Virus record (IMG/VR): IMGVR_UViG_3300043418_000114
Span: 124,001 to 188,000 of that record
DNA length: 64,000 bases
Direction: 5' to 3' (one strand)
The notes under the pieces are model-generated. The model worked only from the letters and a program-made list of their open reading frames with translations. It did no database searches and had not been told where the DNA came from. Position numbers and translations under genes: made by a program. The stretch's first letter is position 1. Every line of letters starts with the position of its first letter. Positions 45,784 to 54,798 of this stretch are shown here, in pieces.

Positions 45784-46092
45784 ATGCCTACCAAAACTGA
45801 TACAAAAATTAAAATCAAACCCAACGTTGCTCTACAAGAACCACCGTTGTTTAAGATCATTTATATCAACGATGACGTAACGAGCATGGAGTTTGTTGTG
45901 TCTAGTTTGATTGACTACTTCAATTACACCGAAGATACAGCCGAGAATATCACCATGGATATTCACAATCAAGGTAGTGCAGTTGTCGCTATTTTACCTT
46001 ACGAGATTGCCGAACAAAAAGGCATCGAGGTAACTCTTGACGCACGTAGTCAAGGATATCCACTTCAAGTCAAAGTGGAAGCTGAGGCTTAA
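45784..46092 (+). CDS. clpS: N-degron adaptor ClpS
   Basis: PPLFKIIYINDDVTSMEFV, DIHNQGSAVV, YEIAEQK, GYPL. Confidence 0.92.
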   Translation: MPTKTDTKIKIKPNVALQEPPLFKIIYINDDVTSMEFVVSSLIDYFNYTEDTAENITMDIHNQGSAVVAILPYEIAEQKGIEVTLDARSQGYPLQVKVEAEA

Positions 46093-46781
46093 ACCTCTAT
46101 TCTTTTTGCCCAATAAGGGCTCTTATCATAACAAGCGTTATTAATGTAGTTGATGCCATTTAAATTGGTGTCAACTACTTTTTTATATGTGCCGTACACC
46201 CAGTGATTGATCTTGTGTTCAGTATCTGCTTCTAATGCTATCTTCAATGGCAGATGACCATTCACGAAACTTGGCGCTTCGCCAAAATATAGCTTTTCAT
46301 CTGGCACACTATTCGATACTACAATAATATTCTTAACATCTAAGTGTTTTTGTAGTCTTTCGATTGTACTCTTGAGGTAAATAATATCCTCATGGCGTAA
46401 TTCTTCGACTTTTAAATCAGTGACCATGTCACTTGGTAACGTGTTGCCGTACCATCCATTTGCTCCTGCAATCGCAATCCCATCGATAATGACGACATGA
46501 TGATGCAGTAGAGCCAAGTTACGTATACTACTACATAGCTTGTGTATTTCTTTGGTTCTAGTATCAACGTCAGCTACACCATCATATTCCAGTGAACCGA
46601 GGGAATAGAACACTCCTTGATAAAACTTACTCAAATGAGATAGGGTTTGATGTATGGTTTTCAAGTCAGGACTAATATTACCAGCGATTATGCAATATAA
46701 ACTAGTCGCCTTGCCTTCCCAATTTAAACTTGCACCTGGTGCAAGATTTAAATCGCTAATTACATCAAACCCAATCTTCAT
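46089..46781 (-). CDS. Calcineurin-like metallophosphoesterase homolog with degenerate metal ligands
   Basis: SDLNL / AGNI / LGSLEY / VSNSVP / YGTYK in place of DLH / GD / GNHE / GHH / GHTH. Confidence 0.65.
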   Translation of the reverse strand: MKIGFDVISDLNLAPGASLNWEGKATSLYCIIAGNISPDLKTIHQTLSHLSKFYQGVFYSLGSLEYDGVADVDTRTKEIHKLCSSIRNLALLHHHVVIIDGIAIAGANGWYGNTLPSDMVTDLKVEELRHEDIIYLKSTIERLQKHLDVKNIIVVSNSVPDEKLYFGEAPSFVNGHLPLKIALEADTEHKINHWVYGTYKKVVDTNLNGINYINNACYDKSPYWAKRIEV

Positions 46782-47110
46782 TATTTTGCTACGCGAATTT
46801 TAGCTTTTTTGACTACGGCTTTAGTAGCCTTAGCTTTAGCTGGTTGCTTCGCCGAAGCGGGTTGCTTCTTTGTAGCTTGCTTCTCAGCAGGGGCTTTCTT
46901 GGCACGTGCTTTCTTTGGGGCGGCAACTGGTACCTCAACTGCAGGTGCAGGTTGAACTACTGGTTTTACTTCCTCAACGACAGGTGTTTCTACCTTGTAC
47001 GCGGCTACCGGTGCCTCAACAACAGACTCAACTTCTTGTTTACGTTTGCTGATGAAATACACTAGTGCACCGATGACTACGATGCCAATTGCAATGTCTA
47101 ATGGACTCAT
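46781..47110 (-). CDS. Membrane-anchored Lys/Ala/Pro-rich protein
   Basis: N-terminal TM plus histone-like tail; AGGAG RBS. Confidence 0.7.
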   Translation of the reverse strand: MSPLDIAIGIVVIGALVYFISKRKQEVESVVEAPVAAYKVETPVVEEVKPVVQPAPAVEVPVAAPKKARAKKAPAEKQATKKQPASAKQPAKAKATKAVVKKAKIRVAK

Positions 47111-47243
47111 TTTTATCTCCTAAACATATATTTACTATTGGACATTTACTACTAATTTTTTGTCTAAAAGTAAACCAAAAGATTTGATATGTGATAGTTG
47201 ATTTTTATATACTACATATCTCAATTAATTATTAAGGAGTATT

Positions 47244-47834
47244 ATGAGTCTAGTCCCTATCGTCATCGAACAAACATCTAAGGGTGAACGTAGTTATGAC
47301 ATTTACAGCCGTCTACTGAAAGATCGTGTTATTTTGCTTGAAGGTGAAGTCCATGATCAAATGGCAAACCTTATCGTTGCTCAACTACTCTTTTTAGAAA
47401 GCGAAGACCCTGGCAAAGATATCAACATGTATATCAACTCTCCAGGTGGCAGTGTCACCGCTGGCATGGCAATCTATGACACCATGCAATTCATTAAGCC
47501 AGATATCCATACTATCGTGATGGGTCAAGCGTGTTCGATGGGTTCATTGCTAGCACAAGCTGGAAGCCCTGGCAAGCGTTTCATGTTGCCTAATGCTCGT
47601 CATATGATTCACCAACCATCCGGTGGTGCTCGTGGCATGCAATCGGATATCGAAATCTCCTACAAAGAAATCACTTACTTGAAAAAGCGTTTGACTGAAA
47701 TCTACGTCAAACACAACTCCGCTGGTAAGACATACGAAGAATTCGAACGTGACATGGATCGTGATAAGTTCATGAGCGCAGACGAAGCATTAGCTTATGG
47801 TCTAATCGATCAAGTGTTGGAGAAACGTCCTTGA
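47244..47834 (+). CDS. clpP: ATP-dependent Clp protease proteolytic subunit
   Basis: [27 protein letters not shown] (Ser), MIHQP (His), DRD (Asp). Confidence 0.97.
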   Translation: MSLVPIVIEQTSKGERSYDIYSRLLKDRVILLEGEVHDQMANLIVAQLLFLESEDPGKDINMYINSPGGSVTAGMAIYDTMQFIKPDIHTIVMGQACSMGSLLAQAGSPGKRFMLPNARHMIHQPSGGARGMQSDIEISYKEITYLKKRLTEIYVKHNSAGKTYEEFERDMDRDKFMSADEALAYGLIDQVLEKRP

Positions 47835-48502
47835 TTAAGTATACACCAGTTCCAGTATCAGAACACGAATCTATTTTAGGTAAGAATTTTAAAACTAAGT
47901 TTGCGGCAGAAATGTGTGCGTATTACGCACCATTTCAAAACAAAAAGCGAGCCATTCAAGTAGCAAAAGAAACCTGGGAATATGCAGTGTCTGACAGTAT
48001 CCCTAAAGCATCATGGGTTGGTGCAGGCAACTACGTAGCAGACGTTAGGGCGCCGACAGCCGACTTAGATGTTAAGGGTCTAAGCATCAAGAGCATCACT
48101 AATAAGCAAAGCTCAGAGGCAAGTGTGTTGCAAAACAACAAACAAGAAAACGATGGTTTCGGTAAGTTGTTTGAAAGCAAGGACTACAAATCCCTCAAAA
48201 CTATGTTTGTCGATCCGATTGATGAAAAGATCAAAGATACTAATAATCTACATCTTTTAGCTATCGTCAGGGAAACTTCTACTAAGAAAGTTTACTACTC
48301 ATTGTTGAAAGTTACTAAGTCCAACTTAAATAACAAACAATTTTTAGACCGAATGGTGGTCGATGGTAAACGCAGTATATCACTTCCTATGATTGATCCG
48401 CAATTCGGTTACACTTATCTTTATATCGCCAAGCGACGAATTGAGATTAGACTGAACTGCGAAGGCATGAAAGACTACTTAGTTTATTCACACTCTTATT
48501 AA
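47831..48502 (+). CDS. Hypothetical protein, possibly a PD-(D/E)xK nuclease
   Basis: KETWEY...VADV...LDVKGLS spacing. Confidence 0.35.
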   Translation: MIKYTPVPVSEHESILGKNFKTKFAAEMCAYYAPFQNKKRAIQVAKETWEYAVSDSIPKASWVGAGNYVADVRAPTADLDVKGLSIKSITNKQSSEASVLQNNKQENDGFGKLFESKDYKSLKTMFVDPIDEKIKDTNNLHLLAIVRETSTKKVYYSLLKVTKSNLNNKQFLDRMVVDGKRSISLPMIDPQFGYTYLYIAKRRIEIRLNCEGMKDYLVYSHSY

Positions 48503-48505
48503 TGG

Positions 48506-48533
48506 TTGACAATGGATTACTCCAGTGTATAAT
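48506..48533 (+). promoter_or_regulatory. sigma70 promoter
   Basis: TTGACA-N16-TATAAT. Confidence 0.7.
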
Positions 48534-48723
48534 GTACAAACATTCACAACTGGAGTAATTCCATGAAGTCTTTCATTCTCGGTCTTGTTGTTGTTCTCGG
48601 TGCTCTTGGTGGCATTGAATCTAGCATCAACACTATTCCCATGATTCAATCATTTGGCATTGCAATCGTCGGTCTCGCCATCATGTTGATCGGTGTCAGT
48701 AATCTCCAGTCAGGCAACTAATC

Positions 48724-48924
48724 ATGTATACTCTTGTACTATTAGCAAACATGACACTTCTTGGTACATATGCCAACATGGCATCATGTCAGAATGCGAT
48801 GCATGAAATCTATGCAGTCAAAATGAATCCTCATGGCAAGCGTTTACCAGAAGTAGACGAAGCAATCAAGGCGCGGATGCAGTACTCAAAAGATTATGTG
48901 TGTTTGCCTGTATCAAAAGATTGA
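48724..48924 (+). CDS. Small hypothetical protein
   Basis: 66 aa with a Cys pair. Confidence 0.5.
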   Translation: MYTLVLLANMTLLGTYANMASCQNAMHEIYAVKMNPHGKRLPEVDEAIKARMQYSKDYVCLPVSKD

Positions 48925-48969
48925 CAACAAATGGGTTTGGGTATATAATTCATTCATTGTTTAACACAC
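48921..48969 (+). promoter_or_regulatory. Early promoter cassette, copy A
   Basis: TTGACA-N17-TATAATTCATTCATTGTTTAACACAC. Confidence 0.8.
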
Positions 48970-48981
48970 CAGGAGATTCAG

Positions 48982-49230
48982 ATGCAAATCACCCGCTTCA
49001 ACAAAGATGAAAAGTTTCGTGTCATTATCAGTGGCATTTCTTTTTACGCAACTGCGAGTGAAATTCGAAATGGTGTAGGTGACACAGCAAAGCCTAATGC
49101 GGCAATTCAAAAATGTCTTGATGCACTTGAGTTCATTCGATCGGGTCAAGGCATTGCAGATCAATGCACGACAGGCCTTGCTGGCACATGGGAAGGCTTC
49201 AACGTTCAACTCGACAAACACGTTCGATAA
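48982..49230 (+). CDS. Hypothetical early protein
   Basis: AGGAG RBS. Confidence 0.65.
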   Translation: MQITRFNKDEKFRVIISGISFYATASEIRNGVGDTAKPNAAIQKCLDALEFIRSGQGIADQCTTGLAGTWEGFNVQLDKHVR

Positions 49231-49241
49231 GGAGTACTACC

Positions 49242-49445
49242 ATGGGTTATAAAATTCTCCGTGAGCGTGATGCTAAGTGGCAACCTCGCAAAGGTCTTGA
49301 AGGTCCTTTCTTCTATCCCAATGGTCAAGTCTTGTACTACGATCCTAAAGAAGGAATGTACTGGGACCCGACAACTGACTTTTTCGTTGAGTACGAACAA
49401 GTTCAGGAATTGCAAAATATGTTTTTGGAAGTTTTGAAAAAATGA
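49242..49445 (+). CDS. Hypothetical early protein
   Basis: RKGLEGPFFYPNGQVLYYDPKEGMYWDP; AGGAG RBS. Confidence 0.7.
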   Translation: MGYKILRERDAKWQPRKGLEGPFFYPNGQVLYYDPKEGMYWDPTTDFFVEYEQVQELQNMFLEVLKK

Positions 49446-49747
49446 AAATCATTCTAGCTCTCGTTATTGCACTCGCCGTAGGCACATGTTATGCCAAGGG
49501 AGGCGGAGGCGGTGGTGGTCATGGAGGTGGTGGCGGCCATGGTGGCGGCCATGCTAGCTCCAGTGGTCACTCGTCATCGTCTGGTGGCCATTCAACTTCT
49601 ACTGCAAAGAGTGGATCGACCAGTGGTGCTCATGAATCTGCACCAGCAAAGTCAACAAGTACTACTTCATCTACATGGTTTCCTTGGTGGAGTCGTGGCG
49701 GCTCTAGTTCGACCCAATGCGACAAGAATAAAGATAAAAACTGTTGA
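49442..49747 (+). CDS. Exported Gly/Ser/His-rich protein
   Basis: Signal peptide plus low-complexity body and a terminal Cys pair. Confidence 0.6.
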   Translation: MKIILALVIALAVGTCYAKGGGGGGGHGGGGGHGGGHASSSGHSSSSGGHSTSTAKSGSTSGAHESAPAKSTSTTSSTWFPWWSRGGSSSTQCDKNKDKNC

Positions 49748-49792
49748 CAATAAATCACAATGGATGTATAATTCATTCATTGTTTAACACAC
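49744..49792 (+). promoter_or_regulatory. Early promoter cassette, copy B
   Basis: TTGACA-N17, then 26 nt identical to copy A. Confidence 0.8.
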
Positions 49793-49802
49793 GGATTTCA
49801 AA

Positions 49803-50288
49803 ATGGGAACACGTTCTACTATCGCAATCGAGCATTCTAACGGTGCCATCGAACAGGTGTATTGTAATTGGGATGGCTATCTTTCCAACAACGGCAAGAT
49901 TTTGCTGAATCATTACATGGATCCTGAAAAGGTGCGTGAACTGATCAACTTAGGTTATCTGGCTAGCTTGCGTGAAGATATTGGCGTAAAGCATCCATTT
50001 GATAATCCTCACCAATACAATACAGTTGAATGGGAAGCACATCGTGAACAATATGGTAAGATGTGTACATTTTACGGTCGTGATCGAGGCGAAGATGGTC
50101 ATAATGCTTTGTATTTCAAAGACTATGACACATTCTTAGCAGATGGCATGAGTGAAGAATACGACTACATCTTACGTAATGACAGTGTGTGGTATGTTAA
50201 TCAAGGCGAAGGTTTTGAGCCATTGATGGAAGCATATATCGAAGTATTGCGACAAGAGCATGAAGAATCGATATCGGTTGTAGAATGA
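49803..50288 (+). CDS. Phage hypothetical protein (MGTRS...YCNWDGY type)
   Basis: Recurrent phage motif. Confidence 0.75.
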   Translation: MGTRSTIAIEHSNGAIEQVYCNWDGYLSNNGKILLNHYMDPEKVRELINLGYLASLREDIGVKHPFDNPHQYNTVEWEAHREQYGKMCTFYGRDRGEDGHNALYFKDYDTFLADGMSEEYDYILRNDSVWYVNQGEGFEPLMEAYIEVLRQEHEESISVVE

Positions 50289-50650
50289 AGTACTACCAGG
50301 AAACTACTGATTGGGGCAGTGACACTGCCTTGAATCATATATACTACCTGAACAAAGAAAAGTCATTCATGGTAGGATATATCAAGAATGGCGAGACAGA
50401 ACTATTTAAGTTCAAGAAGCCAATCAGAATTGATTCACGTGGTCGGCAGTTTAAAGTATTAAACATGAAGGGTGAACCTGATTCTGTTTACTTCGGTAAG
50501 AAAGAAGATGATACACCCAAGAATGCCATCGAAGTCGAAGGATCAAATGGCAAAAAGTATTACGTGAGTGAATTGGGTGCTAAGTATATATGTACTTGCC
50601 CTGGATTTACGTTTAGACATACGTGTAAACATATTGAGGTGATGAAATGA
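50285..50650 (+). CDS. SWIM zinc-finger protein
   Basis: YICTCPGFTFRHTCKHI (CxC...CxH). Confidence 0.75.
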   Translation: MKYYQETTDWGSDTALNHIYYLNKEKSFMVGYIKNGETELFKFKKPIRIDSRGRQFKVLNMKGEPDSVYFGKKEDDTPKNAIEVEGSNGKKYYVSELGAKYICTCPGFTFRHTCKHIEVMK

Positions 50651-50871
50651 AATATATTCCATTATTTGTTATTGTAACATTTTGTGGTATTGCCGGTCTT
50701 ATTGGATCGACTATCGTTATGACGTTCAGCAAGATCGAAACAAGATATAACTGTGAGTTAGCAGAAATTAGTCCTGACTTTCCAATCAAGGCAAAGCAGG
50801 AATGCAGAGAATTAAGGATAAAAAATGAAAAAGGAACTATTCAAGGAGATAGCACTACAAGCGGGCGGTAG
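50647..50871 (+). CDS. Small membrane protein
   Basis: TM plus C..EISPDFP....C. Confidence 0.55.
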   Translation: MKYIPLFVIVTFCGIAGLIGSTIVMTFSKIETRYNCELAEISPDFPIKAKQECRELRIKNEKGTIQGDSTTSGR

Positions 50872-51052
50872 TCATTATCCAGGTGTTGGTGGTGAAACGT
50901 TAGAGCGTTTCGCCGATTTGCTTTTGCAGGAAGTGATCAAGGCAGTAGAATCTACCCCAAGACATTGTGCATACACCACCTATGATTTGGGTGTAGTTGA
51001 ATGCACTATCGAGAAAACAATCAACACAATCAAAGAACGATTCGAGGTATAA
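50825..51052 (+). CDS. Distant MNERIKEL-family member
   Basis: KEIALQAGG...ERFADLLLQEV...IKERFEV. Confidence 0.6.
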   Translation: MKKELFKEIALQAGGSHYPGVGGETLERFADLLLQEVIKAVESTPRHCAYTTYDLGVVECTIEKTINTIKERFEV

Positions 51053-51053
51053 A

Positions 51054-51902
51054 ATGAAAATTGCAGTATGCAGTGACCTACATTTGGAGTTTCAAGACAT
51101 TAATCTCAAGAACACCGAGGGTGCTGAGGTTCTTATCTTGTCTGGTGATATCATGGTCGCTGATTATATGCACGATCATCCAAGCCCAGATCCATACACT
51201 CCAGGTGGCATGCGTGAGTACGGCCACAAGATGTTAATGAGTATCAGATTTCGTGACTTCCTTAAACGTGTAAGTTTTGAGTTCCCTCATGTTATCTACG
51301 TTGCTGGCAATCATGAGTTCTATCATGGTAAATGGAAAGGTAGCCTAGACGACTTGCGTTTTCAATGCGGTCAGTTACCAAACGTTTACTTCCTAGAGAA
51401 TGATATCAAGACGATTGGCGAACATACGTTCATTGGTTGTACTCTATGGACTGATTGTAACAATGGTGATCCGTTGACACTGCATTGTCTCAGTGACATG
51501 ATGAACGACTTCCGTATCATTCGCAATGATGAAGCTGGGTATACCAAACTGCGACCTGCTCATACATTGAGCCGTCACGTTAAGAGCAAACAGTACATCA
51601 AGAATATCATTCAAGGTATGCATGATGAAAAGTTTGTGGTTGTTGGTCACCATGCACCTAGCAAATTGAGTACACACGAACGTTACCAACATGCTGTCCA
51701 TTCTACAATGAACGGTGGCTATAGTAGTGACTTGAGTGAATTCATTATGGATCATCCTCAGATCAAACTCTGGACTCATGGACATACGCATGACCCATTT
51801 GATTATGTGATCGGTGAGACTCGCATTGTTTGCAATCCTCGTGGCTATGGTGGACATGATCCTCAAGCAGATTTGTTTGAGTTGAAGTTTTTGGATATCT
51901 AA
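51054..51902 (+). CDS. Calcineurin-like metallophosphoesterase (intact)
   Basis: SDLHL, SGDI, AGNHEFY, GHHAP, HGHTH, CNPRGY. Confidence 0.9.
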   Translation: MKIAVCSDLHLEFQDINLKNTEGAEVLILSGDIMVADYMHDHPSPDPYTPGGMREYGHKMLMSIRFRDFLKRVSFEFPHVIYVAGNHEFYHGKWKGSLDDLRFQCGQLPNVYFLENDIKTIGEHTFIGCTLWTDCNNGDPLTLHCLSDMMNDFRIIRNDEAGYTKLRPAHTLSRHVKSKQYIKNIIQGMHDEKFVVVGHHAPSKLSTHERYQHAVHSTMNGGYSSDLSEFIMDHPQIKLWTHGHTHDPFDYVIGETRIVCNPRGYGGHDPQADLFELKFLDI

Positions 51903-51992
51903 ATGCGTTCAGGTGTCCAAAACGTATTGTTAAGTGAAAAGTATTATCGTATAATCTATGTACGTTGTGAGAACAACGATATACATAAGGAA

Positions 51993-52256
51993 ATGAAAAT
52001 GAACGTAACTCAACAAACACGTGTCTTAGAGGCACTTAAGGCTGGCGAAGCATTGACTGCAAAACAAATCTCTGCACGTTTTGGTGCAAAGAATCCAACT
52101 GCAACCATTAGCAACATTCGCTATGAAGGCTATGCAGTTTATGCAAACCAACACACCGATACCAAAGGTCGTGTTACTACCAAGTATCGTCTTGGTAAAC
52201 CAAGTCGCGCACTTGTAGCCGCAGGTTACAAAGCAATGGCTCTTGGTCTAGTCTAA
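51993..52256 (+). CDS. Winged HTH-like DNA-binding protein
   Basis: RVLEALKAGEALTAKQISARFGAKNPTATISNIR; AAGGA RBS; own promoter and terminator. Confidence 0.6.
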   Translation: MKMNVTQQTRVLEALKAGEALTAKQISARFGAKNPTATISNIRYEGYAVYANQHTDTKGRVTTKYRLGKPSRALVAAGYKAMALGLV

Positions 52257-52278
52257 TCTCGGGAGAGATAAGCAATCA

Positions 52279-52300
52279 GAAGGCTCCTCACGGAGCCTTC
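52279..52300 (+). terminator. Stem-loop, probable terminator
   Basis: GAAGGCTCC-TCAC-GGAGCCTTC. Confidence 0.65.
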
Positions 52301-52359
52301 TCCACTTGCAAATGATTCAAAGCTGTGCTATAATTAGTCATAACTAATAGGAGTGTTAC

Positions 52360-52848
52360 ATGGGTTTTTTGCATAATTTGATGGTTAAACTTGATCGATA
52401 CAAACTTGTGCCCGATCGCACGACTGGTGAAGATTATCTTCATCGTTATTACTTGTTTCTCAAGGATCGAAAACATTTCCCATTCAACGTAACACTGCAC
52501 AAGATCGTGCGTAGTGATGAACCAGTGATGCATGATCATCCATGGTCATATCTGACTATCGTACTAAAGGGTGGCTACTGGGAACACACTCCTGTCTTTA
52601 ACTACGAAGGCAAAAAGATTGCAGAGTTCCAACACTGGCGAGGCCCAGGCTCTATCATTAAGCGTAGTGCTAATGAATATCACTGGCTTGAGCTTGATCC
52701 AGAAATTGGCCCTGCAACTACCCTGTTCTTTATGGGGTCACAGAAGCGTGAGTGGGGTTTCTTGAAAGATAATAAATGGTTCCAGTGGAAAGATTATTTG
52801 TCATCTAAGCAAGCCACTGTTAACAAAGAAGAAAAGAAAATTGCGTAA
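52360..52848 (+). CDS. Cupin-fold protein
   Basis: LHKIVRSD..MHDHPW..LKGGYWEH...YHWLEL; promoter TTGCAA-N17-TATAAT at 52306-52334. Confidence 0.7.
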   Translation: MGFLHNLMVKLDRYKLVPDRTTGEDYLHRYYLFLKDRKHFPFNVTLHKIVRSDEPVMHDHPWSYLTIVLKGGYWEHTPVFNYEGKKIAEFQHWRGPGSIIKRSANEYHWLELDPEIGPATTLFFMGSQKREWGFLKDNKWFQWKDYLSSKQATVNKEEKKIA

Positions 52849-52856
52849 GGTTCTAT

Positions 52857-53345
52857 ATGAAAAGAGAGAATTTTAAGCAATTTGTAGAAACTGATTTGTT
52901 CATCGATGCTAGTACCAACAAACCTGTTGTTTTAAACACACGACGATACAATCATCTTGGGAATCCATTATGCATCGAAGAAGGCTGTAATCATACAGCC
53001 CATAATCAAGGCAAAGATCATGGTGGATTTCAGCTAAGATGCAAACATCATTTAGGACGATTGGGTAAAAAAAGCTACAAGAGTCACAAATTAGTTGTAC
53101 CATATTGCGAGAATATTGATTCCAGACTTGGATTTATTTGCACAACAACAATCGTAGATTCATGTATGTTAGGCGTAGATCATATCAATGAGAATCATAA
53201 AGATCCTAGGGCAGAAAATTTGCAAACACTCTGTGCTGGTTGTCATGCATACAAAACAAAACATTTTCGAGGACTGGGCGAAGATGCTATCCTGCAACGA
53301 CTGCAGGAAAATATACAAGTCTACATCGATAGCAAAGGAAAATAA
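52857..53345 (+). CDS. HNH endonuclease
   Basis: VDHINENHKDPRAENLQTLCAGCHAYKT; N-terminal Cys/His cluster. Confidence 0.8.
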   Translation: MKRENFKQFVETDLFIDASTNKPVVLNTRRYNHLGNPLCIEEGCNHTAHNQGKDHGGFQLRCKHHLGRLGKKSYKSHKLVVPYCENIDSRLGFICTTTIVDSCMLGVDHINENHKDPRAENLQTLCAGCHAYKTKHFRGLGEDAILQRLQENIQVYIDSKGK

Positions 53346-53346
53346 A

Positions 53347-53634
53347 ATGAGTGGTGGACACTTCCAATACAAGCAATACGAATTTGGCTATATAGCTGAT
53401 GAAGTTGAACAATTGATTATCACCAATGGTAGTCAAGAGAAGGATCAGTGGGGTTACAATAAACATTGTGAATTCACGCCGGAAACTATCGAAGAATTCA
53501 AACGTGGCCTAGAAATCATGCGACAAGCACAAATCTATGCACAACGTATAGATTGGTTAGTTTCTGGTGATGATGGCGAGGATAGCTTCCATAAACGACT
53601 AAAAACCGACTTAGAACAGTTAAAACAACCATAA
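53347..53634 (+). CDS. Hypothetical protein (MSGGHF type)
   Basis: RIDWLVSGDDGEDSF. Confidence 0.65.
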   Translation: MSGGHFQYKQYEFGYIADEVEQLIITNGSQEKDQWGYNKHCEFTPETIEEFKRGLEIMRQAQIYAQRIDWLVSGDDGEDSFHKRLKTDLEQLKQP

Positions 53635-53649
53635 CTTTATAAATAAATC

Positions 53650-54012
53650 ATGCTCGAACTATTAATATTGGCTTTTGTATTCTATTGTGGATTCATTATC
53701 GGTGAGCATATCATGGCGTGGAAACTCCGTGATATCTTGGTTGAAGCCGCTAAAAAAGAGGGTATTGAAGTCACAGAAGACTACAAAATCAAAGACACAA
53801 GCAAGCCAAAAGTCTCTAAACTCTATGTTGAGAAAGAACAAGACACATTGTATTTGTATGACCACGAAGAAAAAGAATTCGTATGCCAGGCAAAATCAAT
53901 GGAAGAGCTAGCTAAATTGGCACTCCAGTACAAAAAAATCAAGTATGCCGCGGTGATCGACGGCGAACAGACATTTATGTTTGTTGATGGAGCAGTTAAA
54001 CAACACCTATGA
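53650..54012 (+). CDS. Membrane-anchored late protein
   Basis: TATAAATA at 53638; N-terminal TM. Confidence 0.65.
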   Translation: MLELLILAFVFYCGFIIGEHIMAWKLRDILVEAAKKEGIEVTEDYKIKDTSKPKVSKLYVEKEQDTLYLYDHEEKEFVCQAKSMEELAKLALQYKKIKYAAVIDGEQTFMFVDGAVKQHL

Positions 54013-54548
54013 AAACTAAAATTGGTAAGTTTCCTAAAGTAGGAGACAATCGCAAGATCGATATTCAAATTGAAAAATTTGACACCTGGTCTTTAGATCA
54101 CACCCTTGCACTAATCATTTACCCTGCGTTGATTCAGTTAAAAGAAACAAAGCATGGTGTACCAAATGAATTTGTCAACGATGTTGGTGGTGAAGACTTT
54201 AGAGAACAAGATAGTTTTGACTTCTACAAAGAATCACACAACGAAGCATTTGACATTGCGTGTAAGCGTTGGGATGAAGTTCTCGATAAAATGATTTGGT
54301 CATTCGAGCAACTTTTAAAAGACGACTACGATAGCAAGTATCATCATGGCAAGTCTGAGTATGACTTTGTGGAGAGTGGTACACTATATCCAAATCCCAT
54401 TTCTGGCAAGATGGAAGCAACCTATCAAATGGTTGACAAAGATCCATCGAGTCATTGGTACGATCATGTTGGGCATCGTTTACACGAAGACCGTATACAA
54501 GAAGGTCTAGAGTTGTTTGGTAAGTATTATCGTAATTTATGGGATTGA
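54009..54548 (+). CDS. Hypothetical protein
   Basis: DTWSLDHTLA...WDEVLDKMIWSF...EGLELFGKYY. Confidence 0.7.
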   Translation: MKTKIGKFPKVGDNRKIDIQIEKFDTWSLDHTLALIIYPALIQLKETKHGVPNEFVNDVGGEDFREQDSFDFYKESHNEAFDIACKRWDEVLDKMIWSFEQLLKDDYDSKYHHGKSEYDFVESGTLYPNPISGKMEATYQMVDKDPSSHWYDHVGHRLHEDRIQEGLELFGKYYRNLWD

Positions 54549-54549
54549 T

Positions 54550-54798
54550 ATGAATAGTTTTGAATCGATGATTGCTACCATCAAAGGTATCGAGAACTGG
54601 AATATGAGTAAGCAAAAGAAAACTATTACAAAAGCAGAGTATGAATTATTCTGTAAAGAATATGTTTTTGAGCAGATAAAAGGAATCAGTTTTGGACAGG
54701 CCTTTTGTAAAAGATTTAACATCGAAGATCATCTTATAAATAATGTCAGTAATGACACAGCCAAATTTCACATCGAAGCATTAGGATATATTAAGTGA
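54550..54798 (+). CDS. Hypothetical protein
   Basis: SFGQAFCKRF. Confidence 0.55.
   Translation: MNSFESMIATIKGIENWNMSKQKKTITKAEYELFCKEYVFEQIKGISFGQAFCKRFNIEDHLINNVSNDTAKFHIEALGYIK

Noticed and set aside
46089-46781. Calling the degenerate phosphoesterase a pseudogene
   Set aside because: The reading frame is intact, it is coupled to the upstream gene, and the substitutions I can see fall on ligand positions, which fits a pseudoenzyme better than decay
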